In this document: positions 1-12,850 of the stretch, in pieces
How the letters are laid out: each line of letters starts with the position of its first letter
Position numbering within the stretch: position 1 is the first letter of the stretch
NCBI RefSeq assembly: GCF_009914755.1
Contig: NC_060941.1
Strand: one strand, 5' to 3'
Length of the DNA stretch: 64,000 nt
From: the human T2T-CHM13v2.0 reference genome, Homo sapiens
Translations under genes and position numbers: made by a program
The notes under the pieces: model-generated
The model's database searches: none
Seen by the model: the letters and a program-made list of their open reading frames with translations, nothing else
Told to the model about the DNA's origin: nothing

Positions 1-506
1 GGGATGAGAAAGGAGAGGTTGCGAACCTTTAATGAGCGAGCCCTTGGAGTATCCAGCCCTTCCCGACGCTAACTGACTCCTACGAGGGGGCCTGGTACAC
101 AGTAGGTGCTAAACTAATCCTCTCCGAGCTGGGCTTGGGGAAGATGCCTCCGTTGGGTGTACAGCGTGGGCGCGGGAAGGCGAGCCTGGGAGCGAGGGGG
201 TTGCAGAGAGGCAGCCTGAGGTCGGCTCCGCCTTCCCCCGCATCCCCCGCCCGGGCCCTGCAGCTGTCAGCCCGGCCGGCCTCGGCGCCAGTCCACCAAA
301 CCTGAACGTCCCATGCCGGCGCCCCCACCTTCCCGGCCTGCACAACTTACCTTGCGCTCGGCGGCCCTCGGTCCCGCCCCCGACTGCCATTGGCCCAGAG
401 GTTCCTTTGTTAGCGAGAGCGCGCCAACCCCATTGGCCGGTGGGGCTGCCGATCGCGTCGGGCGCGGCCCCGCCCCGTACGCCCCGGCACCTCCCCGCGC
501 CCGGCC

Positions 507-540
507 GCCCGCCCGCCCGCCCGCCCGCCCGCCCCGCCCG
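507..540. repeat. (GCCC)n tandem repeat, ~8 units (tandem Sp/KLF sites)
   Basis: gcccgcccgcccgcccgcccgcccgccccgcccg read directly. Confidence 0.9.
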
Positions 541-683
541 TAGTGCGTGAGGCGCTCCGCTCCCATTTGCAGCGGCCGCGGGGCGCCGAGGGCAGCTGCG
601 GCGGCGCGGACGAGCCGGGACGGCGGCGACCGGAGCCTGAGAGGCGGGCCGCAGCGGGAAGCAGCGGGCCCGAGGCCGCGTCC

Positions 684-746
684 ATGGGCCCGCGGCGGCC
701 GGGCGGCGGCGGTGCGGGCGGGAGCTGGGCGTCGCGCGCGCTGTGA
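684..746 (+). other. Candidate uORF1 (MGPRRPGGGGAGGSWASRAL*), same frame as the main ORF
   Basis: ATG 684 (tccATGg), TGA 744-746. It is only a uORF if the TSS lies upstream of 684. Confidence 0.4.
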
Positions 747-835
747 GGCCCGGGCGGCTCAGGAGCCTCGGCGCGTGCAGCGAACCGCCCGCCGGGAAGG
801 AGGCCGGGCCGGGCCTGCGGCGGGGCCGGCGAGGG

Positions 836-856
836 ATGCGGCGGCGGCCGCGCTGA
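836..856 (+). other. Candidate uORF2 (MRRRPR*)
   Basis: gggATGc at 836, TGA 854-856, ending 76 nt before the main ATG. Confidence 0.4.
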
Positions 857-896
857 GCCCCTAGCCCGCCGGGAGCGCCAGGCCGGCCAGGCCTGC

Positions 897-923
897 GCCG
901 CCGCCGCCGCCGCCGTCGCCGCC
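897..923 (+). repeat. (GCC)6 GTC (GCC)2 trinucleotide repeat in the 5' UTR
   Basis: Read directly; it ends 9 nt before the ATG. Confidence 0.9.
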
Positions 924-932
924 GCGCCGACC

Positions 933-1055
933 ATGTCGGCAGCCAAGGAGAACCCGTGCAGGAAATTCCAGGCCAACATCTTCAACAAGAGCAAGTGTCA
1001 GAACTGCTTCAAGCCCCGCGAGTCGCATCTGCTCAACGACGAGGACCTGACGCAG
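933..1055 (+). CDS. MPRIP: MPRIP coding exon 1 (aa 1-41, MSAAKENPCRKFQANIFNKSKCQNCFKPRESHLLNDEDLTQ)
   Basis: The peptide matches the N-terminus of MPRIP as I recall it. Start context accATGt; donor CAG|GTGAGC at 1055/1056; phase 0. Confidence 0.97.
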
Positions 1056-2439
1056 GTGAGCGACTGGGGCCGGCCCGGACACCTCCGTTCTGGGAGCCGC
1101 GGGTCGGCGGCCCGGGCGCCGCCAAGGGCTGCAGGGAAAATAAAAATGGAGCAGGGAAATGCGCGAGTCCTGGGGCATGGGGACGGGGACGGGAAGTGCA
1201 TTGACAGAGCTGGGACAAAGGGAAAATCCTCGAGTATGCCGAAAAATAACATCCTTTCCCGTTCCCATTGCCCGGCTGTGTGATTCATGCTTTTTGGGTG
1301 ACTCAAAAGTGCCTGGTTTCGCTTAGTAGGAACAAAGCGCTTAGGGATTGCATGCCGCTTGACGGGACCCCCCTGAGATTCTGGCTTGGGACTGGACTTG
1401 GATTTGTCCAGCCAGAGTGGCCCAGGGGTCGGATTGTTGGGGAGGACTGTGGGCTTCCGTCTAGTGGGACGCAGCCTGCCCCGATTCTGAATCATCGTCA
1501 CTGTCAAGCACTGGAGAGAGGTGAAGGGGTGTCCAAATCTGGCGAGGAGGGTCTTGTTCTTGAACTTAGTTTGGCAGGCCGTAGTTTAGCGGGGAGCTGG
1601 GACCAGTTCCCTGGTCACTGGCCGAGGGGTGAGGAGACCTGTGGGTCCTCGGGAAAGTTGATTTCTGTCTCCCAGCCTTAACTGTCAAACAGGGCTTTGA
1701 ACTAGTTATGACTCCCAAACGTGCATTAGAGTCATAGCCATTAAACACAGAGTTCTGGGGCCCCCGCCCTGGAGTGACTGGGGAGATGGGGAATTTGTAT
1801 TGATGAAAGGCTCCAAGAGGCTTGGCTGCAGCCCCCATGGCCCTTGGGAACCCCTGCAGTGATTGCTGTTTGAACTCCTAGTGTTCCAGGATTCCGAGCC
1901 TTGTGTGCACCTCCTTGGGATGTGCCTCGGTACCCTCCCCACGGCCATCATCTCCATCCTCTTCAGAGCTTTCTCTCAGCCTCCTGAATGAAGCCAGGGG
2001 AAGTCCCTTCACATTCCAGTCCAGTGTGACCTAGTTGTAGCCACTCCTGTCGCAGAAGAACCCCTTAGACTGAAAACGAGTGAACGGGCCTGGTTGTTTT
2101 TAATGCCACTTCAGTGCACCCAGGGTTTGACTTGTTTACATGGCCGACTGGAGTAGGGTGGTGGGGCAGGGGTTACGGCCTGGGGCACGGGGCCTTTCTC
2201 TGAGGTCAGGTTTCCAACTGCCAGGAAAAGATTCCTTTCATCTAAACCCCAAAAGCTTAACGAAACACTCAAGGCTGCAAAGTCATAGATGGTTAAGATA
2301 CCAAGGGTTTTAAGGACGGTCAGCTTGGGACGGATAGAACTCATTTACCTCGGAGGGTGTTTTGGAGTGTAAAGGAGAACTTGATTCCTTCTTCTCATCT
2401 GGATGCTTTTTTGGATGAAACAGTTTATGCGATGAGGAG

Positions 2440-2612
2440 TTGTTAGGAGACTTTGCTTCAGGTCTTGGCTGTCACTTCCAGCTGTGTGACCTTGAACAAA
2501 TCCCTTTACTTCTGTATCTTTTAATTTCCTTATCTGTAAATTGGGAATCCTGGTCCCTGGCTTACCTCCTTCACTGAGCATTTGTGAAAAGCAAGAAATG
2601 ATATTTTATGAA
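2440..2612 (+). mobile_element. MIR SINE
   Basis: Core-like sequence agctgtgtgaccttgaacaaat...tttccttatctgtaaattggga. Confidence 0.7.
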
Positions 2613-3477
2613 ACTTTTTTCTCTTACAATTTAACAAACCAAAAAAACCTGCCACTTTAAGAAGTTTCTGGGCAAGGGTTGTTCTGAGAGAGGTTTGTAA
2701 GTTTCCTGGTTATTCTAAGCAACTGTCAAAATTGGTAAATTTACACCTCATAGGGGCTGTTTTCGAATTCTTAAGCTTAGATAAACTAGGATGGAATCTG
2801 CATGTTTGAGTCCAATCTGCTAAGATTTTTTTTAATCTGTTGATTATTAATTGGATTCACGGGGAGAGGCAAACTTAAAATACTGTACTCTCACTGTATT
2901 CAAAGTTGAATTGTGGGTTTTGAAACAGGCCTGAGACCTTCAGGGCACAACTGGAATGGTAGTTTCTGAAATAATGAGTGGGGTTATTTGTGCTGGGAGA
3001 GGTTAGCCCAGCATTCTACCTCCTGGGATCTTTCAGGAAGAAACTGCTCTTGAAAAGAGAGGAGGGAGACTCAGGGCTGTTGCCAACAGCCTTCTCTGCT
3101 GCTCTCTGCATCCGGCCCTCCCTCTCACTCTCATCCTTATGGCTCCATTAGAAAACCTCAACCAATCGGTTCCCATCAGTCTCCCCCAAGCCCCTGCTTC
3201 CTGCTGCCCCTCCCAGCCTGGAGCTTATTTTAGACCGTCAAAGCTGGAAGATACATCAGCCACCATCGAGGCCACTCCCTCCTTAAGAGGAGAGGATACT
3301 GGGCCCAGGGAGGTGGTGGGCAGCCTTGGCCGGCTTTTGCTCTGGAGATGTCATCTTCCCAGGAGCAGACATTTCTCTGAGCCTTTTGGTTTGAGGTTTA
3401 TTTCCTCAGCTGTGGGTTTTGTTTGTTTGTTTTTCCCCTAGAGAGGCACAGAAACCTCTTGCAGGGACTGTATTATG

Positions 3478-3615
3478 GCATCAGACCTGGAAGGGACTTG
3501 GAGATCAGCTAATGTAACCACTTCCTCTTACCGGTGAGAAGATTGAAACCCAGAGAAGGGAAGTGACTTGCCCAGTTCAGGGATGGAGCCAGGATTCTGA
3601 AGCCAATGTTAGTTC
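3478..3615 (-). mobile_element. MIR-family SINE fragment
   Basis: gagaagattgaaacccagagaagggaagtgacttgccca is the reverse MIR core. Confidence 0.6.
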
Positions 3616-3787
3616 CCCTACTCCTGTTCAGGGTCTACAGTGGCCACACCATGAGCACATGATGAGGACAATAATGTCAGGGATAGTTATGTTGCAGGAG
3701 GTGCCTTGAGAATGCTGGCTTGGAGCAGTGGAGTTCTTTGCCTTTTCCTCCTCACGGAAATTTGGAGTAATCTGGGATAAGTGATAA

Positions 3788-4188
<401 letters not shown>

Positions 4189-4797
4189 CAAATATACAGT
4201 TAAACCTTTTTATCCTGAACTGTGTGCATGTATTTGCTCTGCGACATATTTTTTGTTTTCTGCTTATCAGCATATCTTTACGTTCTTTTCATGGTGTTGC
4301 ATATAAAGATGCCAGAACCATTTTGCATATTAGGCCTTTAGGAGTGTACTATAATTTAACCCGTTTCCTTATTGATAGACATCAAGGTTGCTTATGGGTT
4401 TTGCTGTTACATACAGTGAATGTTTCGGCAAAGAGTCTTATAAATACTTCTGGGTGTGTGTGCGTGCATGCATGAATGCAAGTATTTCTCTGGGGGCAGA
4501 TACCTATAAATAGAATGGCTGGGTTGACATCAAGCGCATAAATTTTTTTTTTCAGATACCACGAAATTGCCTTCCAAAAAAGGCTGTGTGATAACATTTC
4601 CAGGACTGGATATTATCAAATGATTTAATTCTCTAATAATTTTCCTAATTACTCATGAAGTTGAGCCTTTTTTATAGTATTTACTGAGTATTTTTGTTTC
4701 TTTTGTGGATTGCCTGTTCGTATTGCTTGCCCATTTTTCTGTAAGGTTAGTTTTTCCCCCAGTTGATTTGTAGGAGCTTTCTATAAGTGCTTTAGGT

Positions 4798-5361
<564 letters not shown>

Positions 5362-5749
5362 AACTAGATATTAATCCGATGCTTGCCACGTATTGCAGGT
5401 ATTTTTTCCCAGAATGCCACTTGTCTTTTTTGTGTGGTTATTTTTCTTTTTCATAATATAAATGCAGTTGGTCTTTTTTTTTAATAGTTTGTAGTTTTAA
5501 TGTCATGTTTAAGGCCTACTTTCCAAGATTTGTAAAATAATTTCTCATATTCTTTTATAGCTATTTTTATACTTAGCTTTTTAATCTATCAGACTTGTTT
5601 TTTAGGAAAATAATTCTGGTTAAAGGCAGAAGATCTACTGGAGGCTATTAAACTGGGTAAATTACAATCAAGGCATTCTCTCCAGATCAGTGCTGGTGAG
5701 GATGGAAGGAATCAGACTCTAGGGACAGGATGTTGTTGGTTGATCAGAG

Positions 5750-6000
5750 GTGGGTGTTGAGGAACCTGGGGTAGTTAGAAGTACCTTTAACAGAGATTGA
5801 GAAGAACAGATTTGGAGTAAACTTGGGGGATGGGGAGGGGTAAAAAATAATATGGTAAGTTTGACCCTTATGGACGTAGAGGGAGGCTGGGTTGGAATTC
5901 TTAAGTCTTGGATGTGGAGGTGGTTGCTGAAATCATGGGAGTGAGTGTGAGCACTCAGGAGGCTGCATAGAGTGAAAGGAGAGGAACCAGCCTAGGAAGC
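5750..6000 (-). mobile_element. L2 fragment
   Basis: Purine-rich decayed L2-like text (ggtggttgctgaaatcatgggagtgagtg...agagtgaaaggagagg). Confidence 0.45.
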
Positions 6001-6654
6001 CCCCATGTAGTGGGCAGGCAAAAGGGGAGCAGGTGCAGAGGCTGGGAGGTGAATCAGAGGGGTGGGCATTAGTGGGAGAAGCAGGTCTGGAACCCAGGGT
6101 GCTCAGCTTCTACATCCGCGTGTTGATCTGGGGGTGATGTCTCTTTCTCCTGCTGACTGTGTAACTTCAGGCATTGCCTCTGTGGAAGGAGCCTGCAAGC
6201 CTGTTTCTACTTCTTTGTCTAGCCCTGTTTTTTTGTGGGACCTTGGCTGGGTCATTTTCATTGCTCAGGCCTGTTTTCCCATCTGGAAATGAGCTCGGTC
6301 TTGATCTCTCCCAGGGTTCTTAGTCTTCCTGGTGTGATTCTGCCCTTGCTGTGCCCATACCCCACTGCCAAGGCTCCAAAGCTGCGGGGGCCTCAGGTGG
6401 GAATTTCAGACATAGAGGGTGTGGGCCAGGACGAGGTCTCAGGGAAGCATTTCATCAGGTTTCCCTTTGTTCCTGTAGACATTCGTAGAAGTTCTAAGGC
6501 ATAGGACTTCCTGATTTGACTTAATGTGTATCTCAGAAACAACGGGGAGATTTCGCATCCCCCCCTTGTAGAAGATCTGTAACAGGAGTTGGTGTGTTGC
6601 TTGGCAGGGAGCGTGTCAAAAATCTCAGACACACAAAATCCCATTTCAGACGGC

Positions 6655-7403
6655 CAAGCACCATGACAAATGCTCAGCGTTGTCATCAGCGAAACCCAAA
6701 TTGAAACCACAGTGAGATATCACTTCATACCTGTCAGGATGGCTAGAATTAAAAAAATAAGAATATAACATGTTGGCGAGGATGTGAAGAAGTTATAACT
6801 CTTGCACGTTGCTGGTGGGAATGAAATGGTGTAGCTGCTGTGGAAACAGTTTGGGGGTTTCTCAAAAAGTTCAGCATAAAACCTACCACGTGAGCCAGCA
6901 TTCCCACTTCTAGGTATATGCCAAGAAGAATTGAGGACAGGTGTATTCAAACAGATACTTGTATACAAATGTTCATAACAGCACTACTCACAATAGCCAA
7001 ACGGCAGCAACAATCCAAGTGTCCATCCACTAATGCGTAGATAAGCAAATCATAGTGTATCCATACCATGGAATATCATTCAGTTCTAAGAAGGAGCGAA
7101 GTACTGAGACATGCCACAACATGGACGAACCTAGAAAACATTGCGCTAAGAGGCAGACATGAAAGGTCATGTGTCACATACTGTGTGATTCCATTTATGT
7201 AAAATGTCCAAAACAGGTAAATCTGTAGAAACAGAAAGCAGATCGGTTGTTGCCAGAGCCTGAGGGTTGGGTGGGCAATGTGGAATGACTGCTAATGAGA
7301 CTGGGGTTCTATTTTGGGGGTGATGAAATGTTTTGGAACTAGATAAAAGTGCTGGTTGCACAGCCTTGTGAAATGTACTAAATGCCCCTGAATTGTTCAC
7401 TTC
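6655..7403 (+). mobile_element. L1MB-type LINE, ORF2 C-terminus and 3' UTR
   Basis: aaaccacagtgagatatcacttcatacc...ccagcattcccacttctaggtatat...aatgttttggaactagat. Confidence 0.85.
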
Positions 7404-7505
7404 CAAATGCTTCTTGACTTATGATGGGACTTATGGTGGGGGTACATCCAGGTAAAACCCATCAGACCTATCACAAAGTCAAAATTATAAGTCAGGGACT
7501 GTCTG
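7404..7505. mobile_element. MER47/Tigger5-type MITE
   Basis: caaatgcttcttgacttatgatggg ... taagtcagggactgtctg followed by TA. Confidence 0.65.
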
Positions 7506-7594
7506 TACAAGAATCGCTCTCTCACACACACACACCTGCCTTCTGCTCCTTGTGTCACCTGGAGTGAATATCTGATTGTTTCTAGAGTCTAGAC

Positions 7595-7901
7595 CAAGGC
7601 TTGGCAATTTTTTTTATAAAGGACTCTTCTTTTATCCTGGGGAACTCCTTCCCCAAGCCACTCTTTCCCACCTGAATGACACAGTTGGACCAGGTCGGTG
7701 GTTTTCAAGCTTTCATCAAATCCCGGAGCCTTTTACTCAAAAGAAATCTTGTATATTTTAGGTTTTGCAGGCCAACAGGCAAAATCGAGGAGGTTGTGTA
7801 GGATATAGCCACTTAAAAATGTAAAAGCCATTCTTGGTTTTGGGGTCTTAGAAAAGCAGCTGGTGGGCCAATTTGGCACAGGGGCACAGTGTGCCACCCC
7901 T
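7595..7901. mobile_element. MER58B-type hAT MITE with an internal ~130-bp foreign insertion
   Basis: caaggcttggcaatttttt...tattttaggttttgcaggccaacaggcaaaatcgagg...cagtgtgccacccct, preceded by the hAT-like target gtctagac. Confidence 0.7.
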
Positions 7902-7906
7902 CAGAC

Positions 7907-8590
<684 letters not shown>

Positions 8591-9537
8591 CCTGGTGGCA
8601 GCCCTGGGGTGCCACAGGTGGTGGTGAGTTTCCTCCGTCCCTCCCTTGGGCCTTGGGTTGGAAGGTTCCTGGAGTGCTGCTTCTCTGGGACTTGTTACTC
8701 CTGTTTGTGTCCCCACTCCTCCTTGGCCCTTGGTGTCTATTGCCAACTTTTGAAGTTTCTTTCTTTGACTATCACATCTTTGATGGCTTCTTTTGGTGTG
8801 TTAGAAGTTCTCTTCTGGGCTCTGATCCCCACTCCCTGCCCAGAGGCAGAGTTTAGGGGCAGAAGGGAGGAGGGTCCTTGCCAGGGCCTCAGGCCTGTCC
8901 TGTGGGGAGCCGGTGAGGGCCGTGGTGGGCAGGCTGGCGTATCCCCCTCTAAACTGGACGTGCAATGTTCCAGTATTATGTAATTGCACCCTAGCTTTTT
9001 TCCCTGGGTTCTAGCCTGTTACCTGATCTTTTCCTCTGATTTCTCTTTCCCTTGCCACACAGAAGGACTATAGTCCAAGGCCTATGTTCTCTTCCTGACA
9101 CAAATGTGCAGGGTGACCCAGGAAGGTGACTTATGTCTCCCACCTGTAAAGCGGGTGCCTGCCTTCTCTTTGCAGAGTAGTGTGCTGATGGAATGGGGAG
9201 TTCCTGAGCCCCCCATGTGGTGAGGGATGTTCCAGGAAGCACGCTGGCTGCCGCCTCTGGGGGAAGTAGCCTTTCTTTGGGCAACCTCATGTTCTTTAGC
9301 AGAAATAAAGAAATTTAACTCAGAATGTTTAAATTGTTCCCAAGCTGCCACTTAGTCTTGAAAGAGGGAGAGAGTGTGGCAGCGAGGCACAGGGGAAGAC
9401 ATCCTACTACTGGACATGGAGGATCATTGGGTGCTAATTTGGAAGCATCTGACCTAAGAAAACGGGCTCTTCTCTTATCCTGGGAAACTCATTCCCCAAG
9501 CCACTCTTTCTCAGCTGAATGACACCGTTGGACCAGG

Positions 9538-9685
9538 TGGATGGTTTTCAAGCTTTCATCAAAAGCAGTGCAGCTCTGGGCAAGGCAGCCAAAGCCTGGA
9601 GCTTGGCCTCCCATCCTGGGGCGGGGTGGCGGGGGAGGGCCTTGGGTCATCTCTGGGGCCATTTGGGGCAGGTTCGAAAACTCTG
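9538..9685. mobile_element. Decayed hAT/Charlie-type MITE
   Basis: Inverted ends tggttttcaa ... ttcgaaaactctg. Confidence 0.4.
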
Positions 9686-11816
9686 CCCTAGATTTTGTGC
9701 TTTTTCCAGTTTTAGCAATTGAGGCAGTCTTACAGCTGCTCTGGAATGGAGCCCCCATGCCCTACCCAGAGCTCTCAAGGCATTGTCACTTCCGTTGGGG
9801 GCAAGAGCACCTAGGGGGTTGATTCACTGACATTTTGTCTCTGGAAGCTGGAACTGAAATCTTCCAAACCACTCACTGGTTTTCTCAGTCAGGGTCATCC
9901 TAGTTCACATGAAACCACAGCCTGGTTTTTGCCTGGAGCCTGTAACCCTTCTGGCTCCTTCCCCTTGGGCGCAGCTTGGCGGTTGCATGCTGTGCCAGAG
10001 GTGGCCCTGGTGTCAGAGCTGCTTTGCAGCGAGACTCTGAGTGGATGGGCCTGCCGGATCCTTTGAACCTCTACCTACTATATTGTGTCATAGCCCGTGA
10101 TTTCACACAGACCTCAGCAGGCAAGGGTGGCCAGCAGGGCTGGTGGCAGCAAGGCCTCCCTCGGAGGAGGGGACCCTGAGTTTTCAGAGTGGTTGAGCGG
10201 CCTGCCCAAGGTCACTGAGCTGCTCAGCAATGGGGCCGTGATACAGATTTCAGCTCCATGAGGCTCCCGTGCCAGAGTCCACCCTGGCTCCAGACTCCAC
10301 CCTGGCTCCAGACTCATCCTCCCTGTCCTTGGGAAGGCCACTTTGCTTTGTAAACTCCTTAGTGTTTTTGTTTGGCCCCGGGGCAGATGGGTAGTAGGGA
10401 GATTGGTATATTGCAGTGCTGCAGAATAAATCACAGCTGTTTCCTGGACTTCTAGTTCCTAGCCCTGGGAAGAGGGACCTGCTGGGGCTGTCTGCACCTG
10501 CCCTCCCTGCCTTTCCCCCACATTATGCAGGTGAGGGATTGTCTTCAATTAGCAGATGGAGCCGCCGAGACCTGGAGAGGTTCAGCAGAGGTTCAGCGAC
10601 CTGCCTAGGTCACAGGAAGTCCAGCACGATTTTTTCCAAAGTCCTGTTTGGCCACCTTGTCTCTAATAAGTGTTAACCTTTGCTATCAGGAACAGGGCCT
10701 TGCCCCAACTTGGACTCCTTAGTTCTTGAGTGTGTGGTGGGGCGTGTGTGTGAACGGTGCAGGCTGTTGTGCAGGGCATCGCCCAGATCTTCACCTCTCC
10801 TCAGCCTCGGGGTGCCCCACATCCCCAACATGGGCTACTGGCCTAGGCAGCAGCCACACCTTTGGCACAGCTCTGAACAGGAAGCACAATTTTTTCCTCT
10901 GAAAGAGGAATTCAGAATCAGGAAATAGCTTTGTCCTTGATCTCTGTAGGTTCTGAGGCACTGGATTTAACAGACCCACAAGCAACCGTGGCGCACTTTC
11001 CACACAAGGTTTCTGACCTCCTCGTGGTCCTTCCCATAGATAAAGGGGCCAAGGGAAGGGGGAGCAGCTGCAGGGAGCCCCAGCTGAGCCAGAGAAAGGG
11101 GCCATGTCTCCTGGGTCTCCTGATGCCATACCCAGAGCCTCACTATCAGGACTGGGTGAGCCACTTGAGGCTCAGGAGCCTCAGGGCCGCGGGAGGGGTG
11201 GGTCAGGGCATTTGCATGGCTTCTGCTTGGGGACCTGCTCTGACCTAGAAATCTGACACAGTCCCACTTTTCATTTCAGTGCGCCCAGGCAAGGGAATTG
11301 GAATGGTGGCGAGCCCAGATTTGAGTTTCCATTCTAGCTCCATTTTCCATGCTAATGGAGCAAGTTACTTAGAGCTGAAGCATCTATGCCCCTCATCTGA
11401 AAACTGGGGGGTTATAATAATAGTACCCATGGCTTTGGGTCCTGATGAGGATGCAGGAAGATGCTTCCAAAGTCCTCAGCAACCGCAGGATCTGTGGCAA
11501 GGGCAGAGTTTGTAAATACTGGGTTATATGGTGGGTGCTTAGTAAATGGGGTCCGTTTTATCAGCAATAAACCCTGTAGTATGGAGCTGTGTGTGGGACA
11601 CGGATCTTGCCCTTGGGAAGCTCTCACTTAGCATGCTGGCCCATCTGCTCTTGAATGTCCACCATGGGCCAGGCCATGGGCGAGATGGGGCAGGGGCAGT
11701 GCGGGGAGCACCAGGTCCCCATCCCTCTTAGGTTACTGCAGAGAAAACAGCCCAGGGAGGGGACCTTCCACTGTGATTTTGTGGGCAAGCTGGCCCTCAA
11801 ACCTGTTTCTGTCTGT

Positions 11817-11870
11817 CCCATGCCCATTAAACAGAAGCTCAGGCCCATGCCCATTAAACAGATGCTCAGG
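11817..11870. repeat. 27-bp tandem duplication
   Basis: cccatgcccattaaacagaagctcagg / cccatgcccattaaacagatgctcagg (1 mismatch). Confidence 0.9.
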
Positions 11871-11995
11871 CTGTCTCCTCTCCCACTGAGCTGCTCTGCA
11901 CCACCCTAGCAGCTTTCTTATGTCAGCCCCTTGAGGACTGGAAGGAAGTAGTCAGTTTGCCTTGTGTGTGTTTGATTTTTCAGAATGTGTAAGTA

Positions 11996-12818
11996 CAGTA
12001 AGTCCTCACCGTCATTGATGGGCTCTTGGAAACTGCTACTGTAAGCATAACAACACACAACCAAACCAATTTTATCATAAGCTAATTGATATAAACAGGA
12101 TTTAAGTTTCTACGGCATATTTCAGGTTATAAAAATTAACCAAACTTCTAAATAAAGATCCAAAGTATTTCTAATATTAAACATGGAAATACATGTGAGC
12201 TATTATATACATTTCAGGAAGATGAATAAAAACAAGTAAGATCATTATCTATACAAGTTTTGGTGAGTGATGACAGTGAGTGATGACAGTCATGGTGGTA
12301 GGTTAAATCAAGGAATAAATGTCTGCAAAGTGAAAATTGTAAGGCATACCTCCTACCACCAGGAAGTTCAAAAACAAGGACAAAAGCGGTGGGCTGGCTG
12401 AGTGCTTCTTACTGCATAGTTTATTGTCATGTGTTTGTGTGATTATCGTAGACTTGATGACTTTTTAGTAGGCAGTTACCTGTATTCATTCATGCGTTTT
12501 CCAGCTTGCTTATTCCAGTTCAATGTCACCGGTAGCTGGAGCCTCTCCCAGGGCACAAAGCCTGGACAGGACGCCGTTCCATCACAGGACACACTCGCAC
12601 CCACACCTGCTCAGACTGGGACCACTTAGATGTCCAGTTCACTGAATGTGCACATCTCTGAGATGTGAAAGAAAGCAGAGTACAGAGAAAACCCACGGAG
12701 TCGTGAGAGCACACAAACTCCACACAGGCAGTGGGTGCAGGAATTCTTTTTTTTTTTTCCTCAACATTGTTATAACAAATCAATGTTGAATGAAATGGCA
12801 TTATTTGAGGACCTGCTG
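11996..12818 (-). mobile_element. MER6 (TcMar-Tigger non-autonomous element), near full length
   Basis: TIRs cagtaagtcctc ... gaggacctgctg with TA on the left. The internal reverse complement ccactgcctgtgtggagtttg...gtgggttttctc matches the MER6 V-domain region. Confidence 0.8.
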
Positions 12819-12850
12819 TGTAAGGACTGAACTGATTTTAAGAATTTTTA

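Larger units (their letters stand above)
170..1130. promoter_or_regulatory. MPRIP: CpG island / TATA-less promoter and 5' UTR of MPRIP
   Basis: Very high GC and CpG density surrounding the ATG at 933. GC boxes (CCGCCC / GGCCCCGCCCC near 373, 466-476, 507-540) and two reverse CCAAT boxes (ATTGG at 389-393 and 432-436). The TSS cannot be fixed from sequence alone. Confidence 0.9.

Noticed and set aside
80-994. Multiple overlapping Pro/Ala/Arg/Gly-rich ORFs, including 410-994 (-, 194 aa)
   Set aside because: Stop codons are rare in a CpG island; the peptides are low complexity with no recognisable domain.
1056-1283. Extension of the exon-1 ORF to 116 aa
   Set aside because: It runs through a strong donor (CAG|GTGAGC). 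Protein-like sequence resumes in exon 2, so this is intron read-through.
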